From assembly GCF_004010195.1 (NCBI RefSeq), contig NC_057719.1:53258255-53304701 (forward strand): a stretch of DNA of 46,447 bases, given 5' to 3'. Below are positions 34,801-46,447 of the stretch, one piece after another. A model generated the notes under the pieces. The model searched no databases. It saw nothing but the letters and a program-made list of their open reading frames with translations, and was not told the origin of the DNA. The translations under genes and the position numbers were made by a program. This DNA comes from Chiloscyllium plagiosum. Lineage: Eukaryota. Numbering within the stretch: the first letter of the stretch is position 1; each line of letters opens with the position of its first letter.

Positions 34801-36207
34801 CTTGTATATACATGAGAATGCAAGTGACTCCATAAAGGCTACATGCTTGACACCATGTCTGTATTGTTTTCCTCAGGATTAGTGGTTTTTAATGCAGGAA
34901 ACATTGTGATAGACTCTCTATTAACACACATAAGGGTATTTCAAAATAAACTATAACAATGTGGAAGACAAATAGAAAAAAAGAGGAGCTGGAGGCTGGA
35001 GAAACTTATATAGAGAGGGAAATAAAGGAGCTGAACAGAAAAAAATATAAAGAATGCAACAAGAGGAAGTGTGAAAATTTGAAAGAAGGAAATGTTCAAG
35101 ACAAAACGAAGACCAAAGGGACACAAAATTAACAGAGAAGGTGAGAATCAGACTCTAATAGAAAGGAAAAGCCACAAACATTGGAAAGTTGGCCATGGAT
35201 AACACAATGGAAAATCAACTAGATTTTACTGAAAATTGGCCAAAAGAGGTTGACAGTAACAGTCTGTTTAGAACAGCCTTCATGCTGACGTAGGGCACAC
35301 TATTGTTGTTTTATATATTGCAATTGCTGCTAGCAAAAAGTACACTGTTTTCATTGAATGCACAGTAACGCTACACAAAGTACTTATGTGACTAAATTTA
35401 ATAGATGGTCTGAACGGCCATTTCTTGTAGCACAAAGCATTGAGGGACTGTTCTGGTGGAGTTAATAACAGTGCTGAAGCTATTTGTGCAAAGCATTGGA
35501 CAGCCGATTACCACCTTTGACACGCTTAACCAAGTCATCTCAATAGTATCAGTTTATACAAAAAAAGGTCCAATTTAGATGTCACTACAGATAATAACCG
35601 TGTCTGGGGTTGTTTCGAAAGAAATCAACAAATGTTTCAACGTATAATTTGTTTTTACTTTACAATCTTGAGCAGCATCCACCAGAAATCTCTGAAGTAT
35701 TGCATGACTTTATTGTAGTAGAAAAATAACATATTTCCCTGTCTGTTAAAAATATATTTTTTCATTGCACTTGCAGAGTTTATATTAAAAATTATTGGAG
35801 AGTATGGGTTAGGCAGGGTAACACAGTTGAAATACCAATTGCAGAATTTGTTAATTCTTCATGATTAAAGGGATGCATCTGAAGTCTTACAAACCCTTTG
35901 CACATCATGTGGGAATATTTAGTGAACAACAATCAAGAAAGACAAATGTTAGGCTTCCCAAAAATGCATTCCCATTTGAGAACAAAGATTGAAATGGATT
36001 GGAACGATTTGTAGTGACCACTGAAACAGAATCTATTACAGAGAAATAAAATTCTGAACTCTTGTCTGACACTTTTAAAATGATGTGGCAGGAAGTGATG
36101 ATGAAAATAATATCGTTACAGTCCTTTTAGAGAGTAAAAACGTACAGGTTGTCATCAATGGTAAGACTGGAATGTAACAGGAAATATCCTTACAGTCAAT
36201 CAGAAAA

Positions 36208-37195
36208 CCTGTGCCCACAACTCCTCCCTCACCTCTATCCAAGGCCCTAAAGGAGCCTTCCACATCCAAAGTTTTACTTGCACATCCACTAATATCATTT
36301 ATTATATCCATTGCTCCCAATGTGGTCTCCTCTACATTGGGGAGACTGGGCGCCCCCCAGCAGAGCGCTTTAGGGAACATCTCCGGGACACCCGCACCAA
36401 TCAACCACACCGTCCCGTGGCCCAACATTTCAACTCCCCTCCCACTCTGCCAAGGATACGGAGGTCCGGGGCCTCCTTCACTGCCATTCCCTCACCACCA
36501 GATACCTGGAGGAAGAACGCCTCATCTTCTGCCTTGTAACACTTCAACCCCAGGGCATCAATGTGGACTTCAACAGTTTCCTCATTTCCCCTTCCCCCAC
36601 CTCACCCTAGTTCCAAACTTCCAGCTCAGCACTGTCCCCNNNNNNNNNNNNNNNNNNNNNNNNNNNNNNNNNNNNNNNNNNNNNNNNNNNNNNNNNNNNN
36701 NNNNNNNNNNNNNNNNNNNNNNNNNNNNNNNNNNNNNNNNNNNNNNNNNNNNNNNNNNNNNNNNNNNNNNNNNNNNNNNNNNNNNNNNNNNNNNNNNNNN
36801 NNNNNNNAGAACGCCTCATCTTCCGCCTCGGAACACTTCAACCCCAGGGCATCAATGTGGACTTCAACAGTTTCCTCATTTCCCCTTCCCCCACCTCACC
36901 CCAGTTCCAAACTTCCAGCTCAGCACTGTCCCCACGACTTGTCCTACCTGCCAATCTTCTTTCCCACCTATCCACTCCACTCTCCTCCCTGACCTATCAC
37001 CTTCATCCCCTCCCCCACTCACCTATTGCACTCTATGCTCCTTTCTCCCCACCCCTTCCCTCCTCTAGCTTATCTCTCAATGCTTCAGGCTCTCTGCCTT
37101 TATTCCTGATGAAGGGCTTTTGCCCGAAACATCGATTTTGCTGCTCCTTGGATGCTACCTGAACTGCTGTGCTCTTCCAGCACCACTAATCCAGA
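36208..37195 (+). mobile_element. PLE fragment (GIY-YIG remnant and 3' tail, subfamily ending ccagcaccactaatccaga) spanning N-gap 36640-36807
   Basis: tgctcccaatgtggtctcctctacattggggagactgg (CxxCGLLYIGETG); hammerhead-like ctgatgaagggcttttgcccgaaacatc at 37106-37133. Confidence 0.88.
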
Positions 37196-37689
37196 CTTGC
37201 CATGTGTCAGTATTAGAGAAAACCATTTTTGGCTACCTTTCACTTTGCATCCCATGCAATATCTCAAAACCAGACAAATAAAGACAAAATGATTCATAAC
37301 AGTTAGCTGTCTTTATTATCACGAACCTTTCTGAAACCTGAGGTACAACTAATAGTTAAATTTGTTTGCAGTAATTTATATTACAATGCCTTGATCACGT
37401 ATTAGAGTTATTTTGGACTTATTTCAGTACTTGACTTACCATCAAAAATACATTTTAAAAATAATAAATACTGCTTGTACGTTGTCAATAAATTTGGAGA
37501 CCTGTAGACAAAAATAGCCACGTAGGAATATGAAGAAGTGGAGGTAACTAAGACTTCCTCAAAACATAGGGAGATTGAATATTTAGTATTCCTGAGTACA
37601 ATATATTCAAAAGAAACAAGAAACAACAAAAAAAGAGTCTATAAGGAGTTATGACTGTAGAAATTATTGCAATATGAGAAAGACCAGTT

Positions 37690-37900
37690 TGAGTAATGTT
37701 GAAAAAGCATACTGTTATATCTTTTCATCTTGCACTCATCAGGACATAATATAGAAAAATCGAGATGCCAGGGGAACAGGTTATATTGCATGAGAAGAGG
37801 GTATAAATTGCAGAATAAATTGTTCTCTTTGAGATTTGGTATTCTTGCATTTCTGTCCTGATGAATGCAAGACAAAAGGTTTCAACATCTTGTCACTTTT
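37690..37900. mobile_element. Old fold-back element with hammerhead-like motif (PLE family C)
   Basis: cttttcatcttgcactcatcaggaca (37721-37746) is the inverse of tgtcctgatgaatgcaagacaaaag (from 37854). Confidence 0.65.
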
Positions 37901-38679
37901 TACACCTAAGTTCTATCCTGCCAAGCAACCATTAAAATAATCAAGGAGGTAGGTTACAAATGTTGTCTCTATAATATTAGTTTATTAGCACTATATGTGC
38001 CAATTCTACTGATAAAATTATATCCATGGTGTGCATACATACATTTGGTGCAAGTAGCATTGCGATGAAAACATTAGCAAACTCAGAGGGCATAGCCACC
38101 AGAAGTATCCAGAGTAGGCATACAATCAATGAACAGCTAACTCAGAAAGTAATTGTTAATTCATGTAGAAAACAAATTATTGTGGGGCATTTTCCTCCTG
38201 CTGTGTGGATGTTCAGCTATGCGCAGGTATAACATGGGACAGAATCTTCCCAAGCACTTGAACGAACTGGACAATGAAGTCAGTTGGAAAAATATAGTTA
38301 GATTGGTTGTAATTAGGGTCTTTCCATTCAGAGAAAAAAAAACAGGTTTTGAATGCTGAAAGGAGAATGTCATTCGACTTTAGTGGAGCGAAGCCTATTT
38401 GTATCTATTTGAACAATGTAGCATATAATTATTACATTAAGTCACCTCATTGATATGCAGTTTCGCAATCTCCCTCTAGCTGGAGGGAAACTAGACATCA
38501 ACAATTCCCAACATGAAAGTCAGATTGAGTATCTGGCAACTCCAGCTCTCTGCCTTGGACAGCAATCACCAACATCCCAACACACATTCCATGCATAAGT
38601 GCTGGCATTAGACACATACTCTACACCCTCAGGGCACATCCCGAATCCATTTACAATATAGTTATCCACTGAATTTGTC

Positions 38680-39056
38680 ATTGTAATGCTGTAGACTGGA
38701 CACACATCTTGTTGAGAGTGCAGCGTCATTGCATGGCTTACTTTAACTTTGCCAATGCACAATACTTCTTTGATTGTTGGTACCACGTCTTAAAAGCCTG
38801 TGACAGCTACACTGGGAGCTGCCATGATGCCCATATCCTTCAGAACTTTCAAGTTTCTTGTTTGTGTCATGTGCTGCAGCCTTACCAGGAGACCAGGGCT
38901 ATTCTCTGCAACTATGCCTGATGATGACTATTTGTGGAGCCTCCTGACTGAGGCCCAGTATAGATACAATGCAGCACACTCTTCAACCATGACCATAAGG
39001 GACCAGATGATAGGCCTGCTGAATGTGAAGTTCTGATGCTTGGATTGTCGTGGAGA
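38680..39056 (+). pseudogene. Degenerate PIF/Harbinger (HARBI1-like) DDE transposase
   Basis: AVDWTHI (GAIDCTH-like), SYTGSCHDAHILQ (PGSxHD), LTEAQYRYNAAHSSTMTIRDQMIGLLNVKF*CLD (YNxxHxxxRxxIExxxGxLKxRFxCL). Confidence 0.82.
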
Positions 39057-39119
39057 AAGACTTGGACAGCTTTGGTTTAATAAATCACAAGTAAAATTCA
39101 TACATAGAACTACCAGACA

Positions 39120-40040
39120 ATGACCAATGCCAGCAATAAAAATTTAGCGGTCTCCCCTTGAAATACCATGAGATTACCATTACTAAAGCACTCACCATTA
39201 ACATCCTGAGATTACCATTGACCAGAAACTGAACCAGCCTCAGTTACCCTGAACGCTACCGGAGTAGTCAGAGATTTGGAATTCTGAGACAACTCACCTT
39301 CCAAAGTTTATCCAACATTGAAAAGGCACAAGTCAAGAGTGTGATAGAATACTCTCCACTTGCATGGATGGTTGTAACTCTAAATACACTTGAGAATCTT
39401 GGCAAAATGAGATGAGCATTCACTCCTTCCACCAAAGACACACAATGCAAACAATGTATTTTATAAGAAGATGCGTAGCTGTAACTCACCACCATTTATA
39501 TATAAATGCACTTCCGATTACTTGTATAAGTCCTGTCCAAATTAAATGAGATGAGCATTCACTCCTTCCACCAAAGACACACAATGCAAACAATGTATTT
39601 TATACAGAAGATGCGTAGCTGCAACTCACCACCATTTATATATAAATGCACTTCCGATTACTTGTATAAGTCCTGTCCAAATTTGCCTTTCCAAAATGCA
39701 GCACTTCACATTTATCTAAATTAAACTCCAGTTGTCAGTCCTTGGTCCATTGGCCCATCTGGTCAACATCCTGTTGTACTCTGAAGTAACCTTTTTTGCT
39801 GTCCACTACACCTCCAATTTTGGTGTCATCTGCAAATATACTAACCATACCTCCTCTGTTCACACACAAATCATTTATATAAATACTTCAACAGCATTTT
39901 CCAAACCCATGCCCACTGCCATCGAGGACAGCAGATACAAAGGAACACTACAACCAGAAATTTCCCTCCAAGCTACACCTCAGCCTGACTTGAAATTAAT
40001 TCAGTTTTGTCATTATTATTGAATCACAATCCTGGACCAT
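39120..40040 (+). mobile_element. CR1/L2-group LINE (second family) fragment interrupted by a CR1 segment (~39660-39885, -) and a 139-bp tandem duplication
   Basis: aaggcacaagtcaagagtgtgatagaatactctccacttgcatggatg (KAQVKSVIEYSPLAWM); 39885-40040 is the inverse homolog of 5260-5440. Confidence 0.7.
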
Positions 40041-40254
40041 CAGGTCATAAGACAATAAGAAATGGTCATGGCAGAGGAAGCTATTGGACCCTCAGGATCA
40101 GTAGGATCATAACTGATCCAACACCTCTCACTTCCACTTGCCTGGCCCTTCCCCATAACCATGGATTTATGATCAGTAAGGGAATCAATATACCTCCAGA
40201 TTTACAAATAAACAAGAACATCTATACCATGTGTACTTCAGGGATATAAGAAGG

Positions 40255-41375
40255 CAAGAAAACAGACTTTTCAGTTCAACTCATCCATGCTGACCAGATA
40301 CCTTAAATTAATCTAGTCCCATTTGTCAGCATTTGGCCCATATCCCTCTGAACCTTTCCTATTCATATATCCATCCAGATGCCTTTTAAATGTTGTAATT
40401 GTACCAGTCTCCACCACTTCCTCTGGCAGCACATTCCATACATGTACCACCCTTTGTGTGAAAAAGTTGCCCCTTAGGGCCCTTTTAAAACTTTCCCCTC
40501 TCAACTTAAACCCATGCCCTCTAGTTTGAACTCCCCACCTCCCCCCCCCCAACTCCGTGGAAAATACCTTGTCTATTTACCCTATCCATGCCCCTCATGA
40601 TTTTATAAACCTCAAGAAGACCATCCCTCAGCCTCCAATGCTCCAGGGAAAACAGCCCTAGCCTAGTCTGCTGCTCCTTATGACTCAAATCCTCCAATCT
40701 TGACACCATCCTTGCAAATATTTTCTAAACCCTATCAAGTTTCACAATACCCTTCAGATAGGAAGGAGACCAGAATTGCACGCAATATTCCAAAAGTAGC
40801 CTAACCAATGGCCTCTCTAGCCATAACATAGCCTCCCAACTCATGTACTCGATGTTCTGACCAATAAAGGAAAGCATACCAAAAGCCTTCTTCACAATCC
40901 TGTCTACCTGGGAATCCACTTTCAAGGAACTATGAACCTGCACTCCAAGGTCTCTTTGTTCAGTAAGAGATCTTACCATTAAGTGTATATGGCCTGCCCT
41001 GATTTGCCTTTCCAAAATGCAGTACTTCACATTTATCTAAATTAAACTCCAGCTGTCACTCCTTGGCCCATTGGCCCACCTGATCAATGTCCTGTTGTAC
41101 TCTGAGGTAACCATTTTTGCTGTCCACTATACCTCCAATTTTGGTGTCATCTGCAAATTTACTAATCATACTTCCTATGTTCACACGCAAATAATTTATA
41201 TAAATGATGAAAAGCAGTGGATTCAGCACCGATCCTTGTGGCACACCACTGGTCACAGGTCTCTGGTCTGAAAGGCAACCTTCCACCACCACCCTCTGTC
41301 TTCTACCTTGGAGCCAGTTCTGTATCTAAATGGCTAGTACTCCCTCTATTCTGTATGATCTAACCTTGCTGACCA
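40255..41375 (-). mobile_element. CR1/HER1 LINE, RT C-terminal half to 3' end
   Basis: VTSGVPQGSVLNPLLFIIYIN...ISKFADDTKIGG; QRDLGVQVHSSLK; LVRLLLEYCVQFWSP; TRGHGFKLRG...WNVLPEEVV. Confidence 0.95.
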
Positions 41376-41453
41376 GCCAGTGATGGCCATGTCCATGAGT
41401 AACTATTTTAAAAATATATTAGGCTGGCGTATCATACATTGGCCTAGCTAGTG

Positions 41454-41765
41454 GGTGGTACAGTGGTTAGCACTGCTGCCTCACAGCGCCAGAGACCCGG
41501 GTTCAATTCCCGCCTCAGGCGACTGACTGTGTGGCGTTTGCACGTTCTCCCCGTGTCTGCGTGGGTTTCCTCCGGGTGCTCCGGTTTCCTCCCACAGTCC
41601 AAAGATGTGCAGGTCAGGTGAATTGGCCAGGCTAAATTGCCCGTAGTGTTAGGTAAGGGGTAAATGTAGGGGCATGGGTGGATTTCGCTTCGGCAGGTCG
41701 GTGTGGACTTGTTGGGCCGAAGGGCCTGTTTCCACACTGTAAGTAATCTAATCTAATCTAATCTA
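41454..41765 (+). mobile_element. HE1 SINE, essentially full length, young
   Basis: tRNA-like head with A box tggtacagtgg and B box ggttcaattcc; conserved central domain; HER1-like tail and (taatc)n; possible ctagtg TSD; CpGs retained. Confidence 0.95.
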
Positions 41766-42002
41766 GTGACACCCACATACTGGGAAGCGATTTTAAATAT
41801 CTCCAGGAAGTACTCATGGCAAAATGGTAATCCCTTCAACAAAATGCTGTCTATTTCAGTTGACACCAGAAGACTGTGCATGCACGGTTATATTGTTGGT
41901 CACCAAAATGGCACTCATAGTACTGTGGAGTTATACTGTTTGCTAACATCAATTCCTTTGATGCTAATCTACGTAAAAAAAAGTTCAATATGAATACAGT
42001 AA

Positions 42003-42320
42003 AAGAAAGTCTTGTATTTGCACAAGTGTTGTTACACAACACGTTTCACAACCATAGGACATCTGAAGGCATTTAATAACCAATGAAGAACCTTTGCTTT
42101 TGAAGTCTAGTCATTGTTGTATTCTAGAAAATATTGCAGTCAATTTTCAAACAGCAAACTCCCAAAAACAAAAAAAAAAGACACTCAACAGTTATGATAA
42201 ATATTCATGAGAAGATCAAGGATAAAATATTTGCTCTTCTTTCAAAATGTTGCCATATATTCATTTCTGCTGAGAAGGGCTTATGCTTAACGCCTCATCA
42301 AAAAGATAGGCCATTTAGTG
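42003..42320 (-). mobile_element. Ancient DeuSINE-like (SacSINE1/AmnSINE-related) remnant with L2-type tail
   Basis: ttaacgcctcatcaaaagatagg (Deu-domain-like) and ccaatgaag...ttttgaagtctagtcattgttgta; recognised from memory of the consensus. Confidence 0.55.
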
Positions 42321-43092
42321 CCATGAGGAAACTGGTTTTCCTGCTAAATTGTAAATTTCAATTACTCCACTGTTAGATTCACTTGTGTACCTTCTAAAGG
42401 AAGTTATTGCAGAATTAGACAAACTTCAATCAGAAGTGAGAATTTAGACTGTCCTCTGCTGAAAAATGAGTGAAATCACAGAATTACATCGAATTAAAGC
42501 TAGTGATTCTTGGAATTGCAATTTTATCAGCTGCAAGATAGAAATAGCTGGTCGTGCTGACTGTATAAGAGAATAATTATTTAACCAATCTCCTTCAACC
42601 ATTCTGCCTTTATAATAGCTTCAAATTGCTTTAATCCAGTTACGGATTGAATAGTACAAAGTAAAACTCAGCAAAATGTGAAAGCAGCCTAATTTTCTGA
42701 CCACATCTGCATGTTCTCATAACATGTAAAAAGAAATATTGTTAACATTTCTTTGATTAGTGAGAATCATCATTAAATTTATTGTAAAGGAATGAAGCAC
42801 AGCAATTATCAAAGAAAGGATTTACTCCATCTCAACAAAGATCAATATTATCGGTGTCAGGTTTGACTGATAGCTTTTCATGCGGATAACAAAATTGCAC
42901 TGTCAAGATTTTTGCAGCTCTAACTTTAAGGTTGTGCTTTTATGTCTTGAAATCACCTAACTGCAGAAATAGGTTCTCTGTACCAATCTATTAAACCTCA
43001 TAATCTTTTACATTTCTTGATTAGGTCATGTCCTCCCAATCTTCTAAATTTAAAAGAACACAGGCCAAGTTAACCTTCATTCATAATGTAAC

Positions 43093-43306
43093 TGAAATAA
43101 CTGCAGAGAGATTGATAACCCATGCCCTTTACATGTGTACATGGGGTCTGACCAGCCAGTTCAAAGCCAGTCCCTGGACTGAGAGGCCTTCTGAATTTCC
43201 TGTTTACATGTATCAGCCAGGGCTCCCTGATTGTCCATGTGTACTGACCCCCATCAAGGATCTCATATTCAATGAGATCTACCTCACCCTGATTCAAATC
43301 ACTACA
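43093..43306 (-). mobile_element. Solo LTR related to the Gypsy element LTRs
   Basis: TG...CA; gtaac TSD at 43088-43092 and 43307-43311; shares tgaaataact, cctgttta..tcagccagggctccctgattg and ctcatattc with 29095-29320. Confidence 0.85.
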
Positions 43307-43552
43307 GTAACCCTATAAACTGTGGTCTTGTTCTGTTAAATCTGCAATATACCTCATCTAAAATGAACATCTCTTTCATGAGATTTGATGCCTCTCATTA
43401 AATTTTAATTGGAGCTTTTGACTTTTTCCTTCCTTCATTTGATGCTGTTAATGGTGGGAAGGTGGGAAAATACGCTGAGAATGAAGAATTTAGAACAGTG
43501 ACAATGAGATACAAATCTCCATTTTTTTTCCCTTAATCACTGTATAGTGACT

Positions 43553-44044
43553 TCATAGAGATGTACAGCTTGGAATCAGACCCTTCAGTCCAAATTATCC
43601 ATGCAGACCAGACACCCTAAATTAATCGAGTCCCATTTGCCAGCATTTGACCAGATGCCTCTAAACCCTTCCTATTCACATACCCATCCTGATGCATTTT
43701 AAATGTTGCAATTGTACCAGCCTTCACCACTTTCTCTTGCATCTCATTCCATACACACACCACCCTCTGCATTAAAACGTTGCGCCTTAGGTCCCATTTA
43801 AATATTTCCTCTGTCACCTTAAATCTATGTCCTCTAGTTCTGAACTCCCCCACCCCAGGGAAGATTTGTCTATTTACCCTATCTATGTCCTTCATGATTT
43901 TATAACCTCTGTAAAGGTCACCCCTCAGCCTCTGATGCTCCAGGGAATACAGTCCCAGCCTAGCCAGCTGCTCCCTATAACACAAAGCCTCCAAATTCCT
44001 TGTAAATCATTTCTGAACCATTTCAAGTTTCACAAGATCCTTCC
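43553..44044 (-). mobile_element. CR1/HER1 LINE 3' fragment
   Basis: ORF 43617..43994: YREQLARLGLYSLEHQRLRGDL...TRGHRFKV...QRVVCVWNEM. Confidence 0.92.
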
Positions 44045-44091
44045 TCCACAATGTTCACTCCTTCATCAGTGACTGCCTTATTTCTGTGAAT

Positions 44092-44356
44092 GGAGAGAAA
44101 ATGAGGTCTGCAGATGCTGGAGATCAGAGATGGAAATGTGTTGCTGGAGAAGCGCAGCAGGTCAGGCAGCATCTAGGGAACAGGAGAATCGACGTTTCGG
44201 GCATTAGCCAGGAGAATCGACGTTTCGGGCATTAGCCAGGAGAATCGACGTTTCGGGCATCATTCCTGAAGAAGGGCTAATGCCCGAAACGTCGATTCTC
44301 CTGTTCCCTAGATGCTGCCTGACCTGCTGCGCTTCTCCAGCAACACATTTCCATCT
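44092..44356. mobile_element. Young fold-back PLE family A mini-element with 15-bp TSD and internal 28-bp tandem repeat
   Basis: Long apparently perfect inverted arms; cttatttctgtgaat at 44077-44091 and 44357-44371. Confidence 0.92.
44262..44297 (+). ncRNA. Minimal hammerhead ribozyme motif, PLE family A
   Basis: CUGAAGA(A)-GGGC-uaau-GCCC-GAA-ACGU-C, core intact. Confidence 0.7.
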
Positions 44357-44739
44357 CTTATTTCTGTGAATATACACCTTATTAAATGCCCAACTCTTCT
44401 CATTTCTGTGCTATTTTTAATTCTCCTCTCCTTCCCTGAAAAACCCAACAGCACAAAATCCCATCATGGAAATCAGACCAAGTTCTTGCTAGCTGCAGCC
44501 AACCGAATGTTTGTCCTGGCCACCACCTAATGATCTCTTCACTACAACATCCCTGTGTGTTTCACAGCCACCAACCTCCTCAACTATTTGTCCACACAAA
44601 TCAGCAGTGACAAACCAATCACATGACCCCCAATGTCATCATGTTCGTCCTTAGATAACTCTCACATCACTTCAGTCCTTCAATATTTTACTTCAGAATG
44701 CAGGGATACATTTTCATTACGTTTGCGGTTCACTAGAAC

Positions 44740-44995
44740 CATGAAAACAACATGGGTTGAAGACAAAATTCTTTACCCAAAAGGTTGTGAATCTGTGGAA
44801 TTCCCTGCCCAGTGGAGCAGTTGAAGTTGCCTTGTTGCATGGTTTTGAAGAAAAGATTGATTGATTTTTGAACAGCAAAGGAATTATGGGTTCTGTTGAA
44901 CGGGTGGGTAAATGGAGCCGAGTCCACAAAAATGTCAGCCATGATCTTATTGAATGGCAAAGCAGGCTGGATGGGCCAGATGTCCTACTCCTTAT
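44740..44995 (+). mobile_element. CR1 LINE 3' end
   Basis: ttctttacccaaaaggttgtgaatctgtggaattccctgccc...cagccatgatcttattgaatggc...cctactcc. Confidence 0.85.
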
Positions 44996-44998
44996 ATT

Positions 44999-45301
44999 TT
45001 AGATTAGGTTCCCTATAGTATGGAAGCAGGCCCTTCAGCCTATACCGGCCCTCCAAAGAATAATCCACCCAGACCCCTAACCTACGTTTACCCCTGACTA
45101 ATACACCTAACATTTTGGCCAATTCACCTGATCTGCACATCTTTGGGCTGTGGGAGGAAACCAGAGCACCTGGAGGAAACCCACGCAAACACAGGGGGAA
45201 TGTGCAAACTCCACATAGACAGTCACCCAAGGCAGGAATTAAACCCAGGTCCCTGGTGTTTTGAGGCAGTAGTGATAACCACTGAGCTATCGTGCCATCC
45301 C
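44999..45301 (-). mobile_element. HE1 SINE, older copy
   Basis: tgtgggaggaaaccagagcacctggaggaaacccacgcaaacacagggggaatgtgcaaactccac, as in 8540-8879. Confidence 0.9.
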
Positions 45302-45533
45302 ACAGTGTTCTTATGAGGTAAACAAGGGGTAAACCTGAACAGCAAATATATTATTGTAGGTCTCTCAGCTCCACAGTCAGTTTTAGACTGCCTCCCCTAG
45401 CTCCCTCTTCCAAGTCACCTGACCTGTTCTCTTAAAGGATCAGCACATGCCCAACTGCATACGTAACACCCTGCTCCCTTAATTTCAACACTCCCTTTGA
45501 CAATATACATCCAAAAATTATAACTATTATACA

Positions 45534-45667
45534 TGCTGTGGAGGAGCCAGTGTTGGACTGGGGTAGACAAAGTTAAAAATCACACACCAGGTTATAGTCC
45601 AACAGGTTTATTTGGAAGCACCAACTTTTGGAGGGATGGTTCTTCATCAGGTAGCTTGTGTGATTTT
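45534..45667 (-). mobile_element. PLE family B mini-element with short inverted tail and 13-bp TSD
   Basis: Homologous to 28046-28249; taactattataca at 45521-45533 and 45668-45680. Confidence 0.82.
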
Positions 45668-45760
45668 TAACTATTATACAGGCAATGTAGCTAATATATG
45701 TACATCATTAGAAATATTTACGAAAAAAAGAAAAAGAAAACAACCGTTCCATAAACTATG

Positions 45761-46447
45761 TTAGAACATAGAAAAAACAGCGTAGTACAGGCCCTTTGGC
45801 CCTCGATGTTGCACCAATCCAAGCCCACCTAACCTACACGAGCTCACTATCCTCCATATGTCTATCTAATGCCCGCTTAAATGCCCATAAAGAGGGAGAG
45901 TCCACCACTGCTACTGGCAGGGCATTCCATGAACTCACGACTCGCTGAGTAAAGAATCTACCCCTAACATCTGTCCTATACCTACCTCCACTTAATTTAA
46001 AGCTATGGCCCCTCATAATAGCTGACCCCATACGTGGAAAAAGGTTCTCATGGTCAACCCTATCTAAACCCCTAATCATCTTGTACACCTCTATCAAGTC
46101 ACCCCTAAACCTTCTTTTCTCCAATGAAAACAGCCCCAAGTGCCTCAGCCTTTCCTCATACGATCTTCCTACCATACCAGGCAATATCCTGGTAAACCTC
46201 CTCTGCACCCGTTCCAGTGCCTCCACATCCTTCCTATAGTATGGCGACCAAAACTACACAACTCCAGACGCGGCCGCACCAGAGTCTTATACAACTGCAA
46301 CATGACCTCAGAACTCTGGAACTCAATTCCTTTACCAATAAAAGCCAGTATGCCATATGCCTCCTTCATCGCACTATTTACCTGGGTGGCAACTTTCAAA
46401 GATTTGTGTACATGGACACCAAGATCCCTCTGATCATCCACACTACC
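45761..46447 (-). mobile_element. CR1 LINE ORF2 C-terminus and 3'UTR (runs off window)
   Basis: QRDLGVHVHKSLK...MLQLYKTLVRPRLE; ALERVQRRFTRILPG...RGDLIEVYKMIRG...WNALP. Confidence 0.95.

Noticed and set aside
36514..36933. 126-bp direct duplication inside the PLE
   Set aside because: The copies abut an N-gap and differ at a few bases; an unmerged overlap or haplotype artefact cannot be told from a real tandem repeat.
41454..41530. tRNA gene
   Set aside because: The A and B boxes belong to the HE1 SINE head and run straight into the SINE body.
44181..44260. 28-bp direct repeats resembling a CRISPR array
   Set aside because: No spacers, eukaryotic context, and the unit is part of the PLE terminal sequence.

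Overview
Repeat-rich, essentially non-genic vertebrate DNA with three N-gaps. The repeat set (HE1 SINEs with (TAATC)n tails, HER1/CR1 LINEs, a DeuSINE-like element) points to a cartilaginous fish, most likely a shark; this is inferred from repeat families recognised by eye. No host protein-coding exon could be supported. Contents: many CR1 fragments, a second CR1/L2-group LINE with a partner SINE, a degenerate Gypsy element with both LTRs and a 5-bp TSD, a related solo LTR, and Harbinger transposase and Myb/SANT relics. Most interesting: (1) a ~2.2-kb endogenous retrovirus remnant (16109-18353, TSD CTTTC) with an ERV3/HERV-E-like gamma-type env, no gag-pol, and a 5' LTR that is mostly inverted; (2) at least three families of Penelope-like (PLE) elements carrying minimal hammerhead-ribozyme motifs, several as short fold-back insertions with 12-15-bp TSDs; (3) three apparent local templated insertions copied from 0.2-2.6 kb away. 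Boundaries of degraded repeats are approximate.
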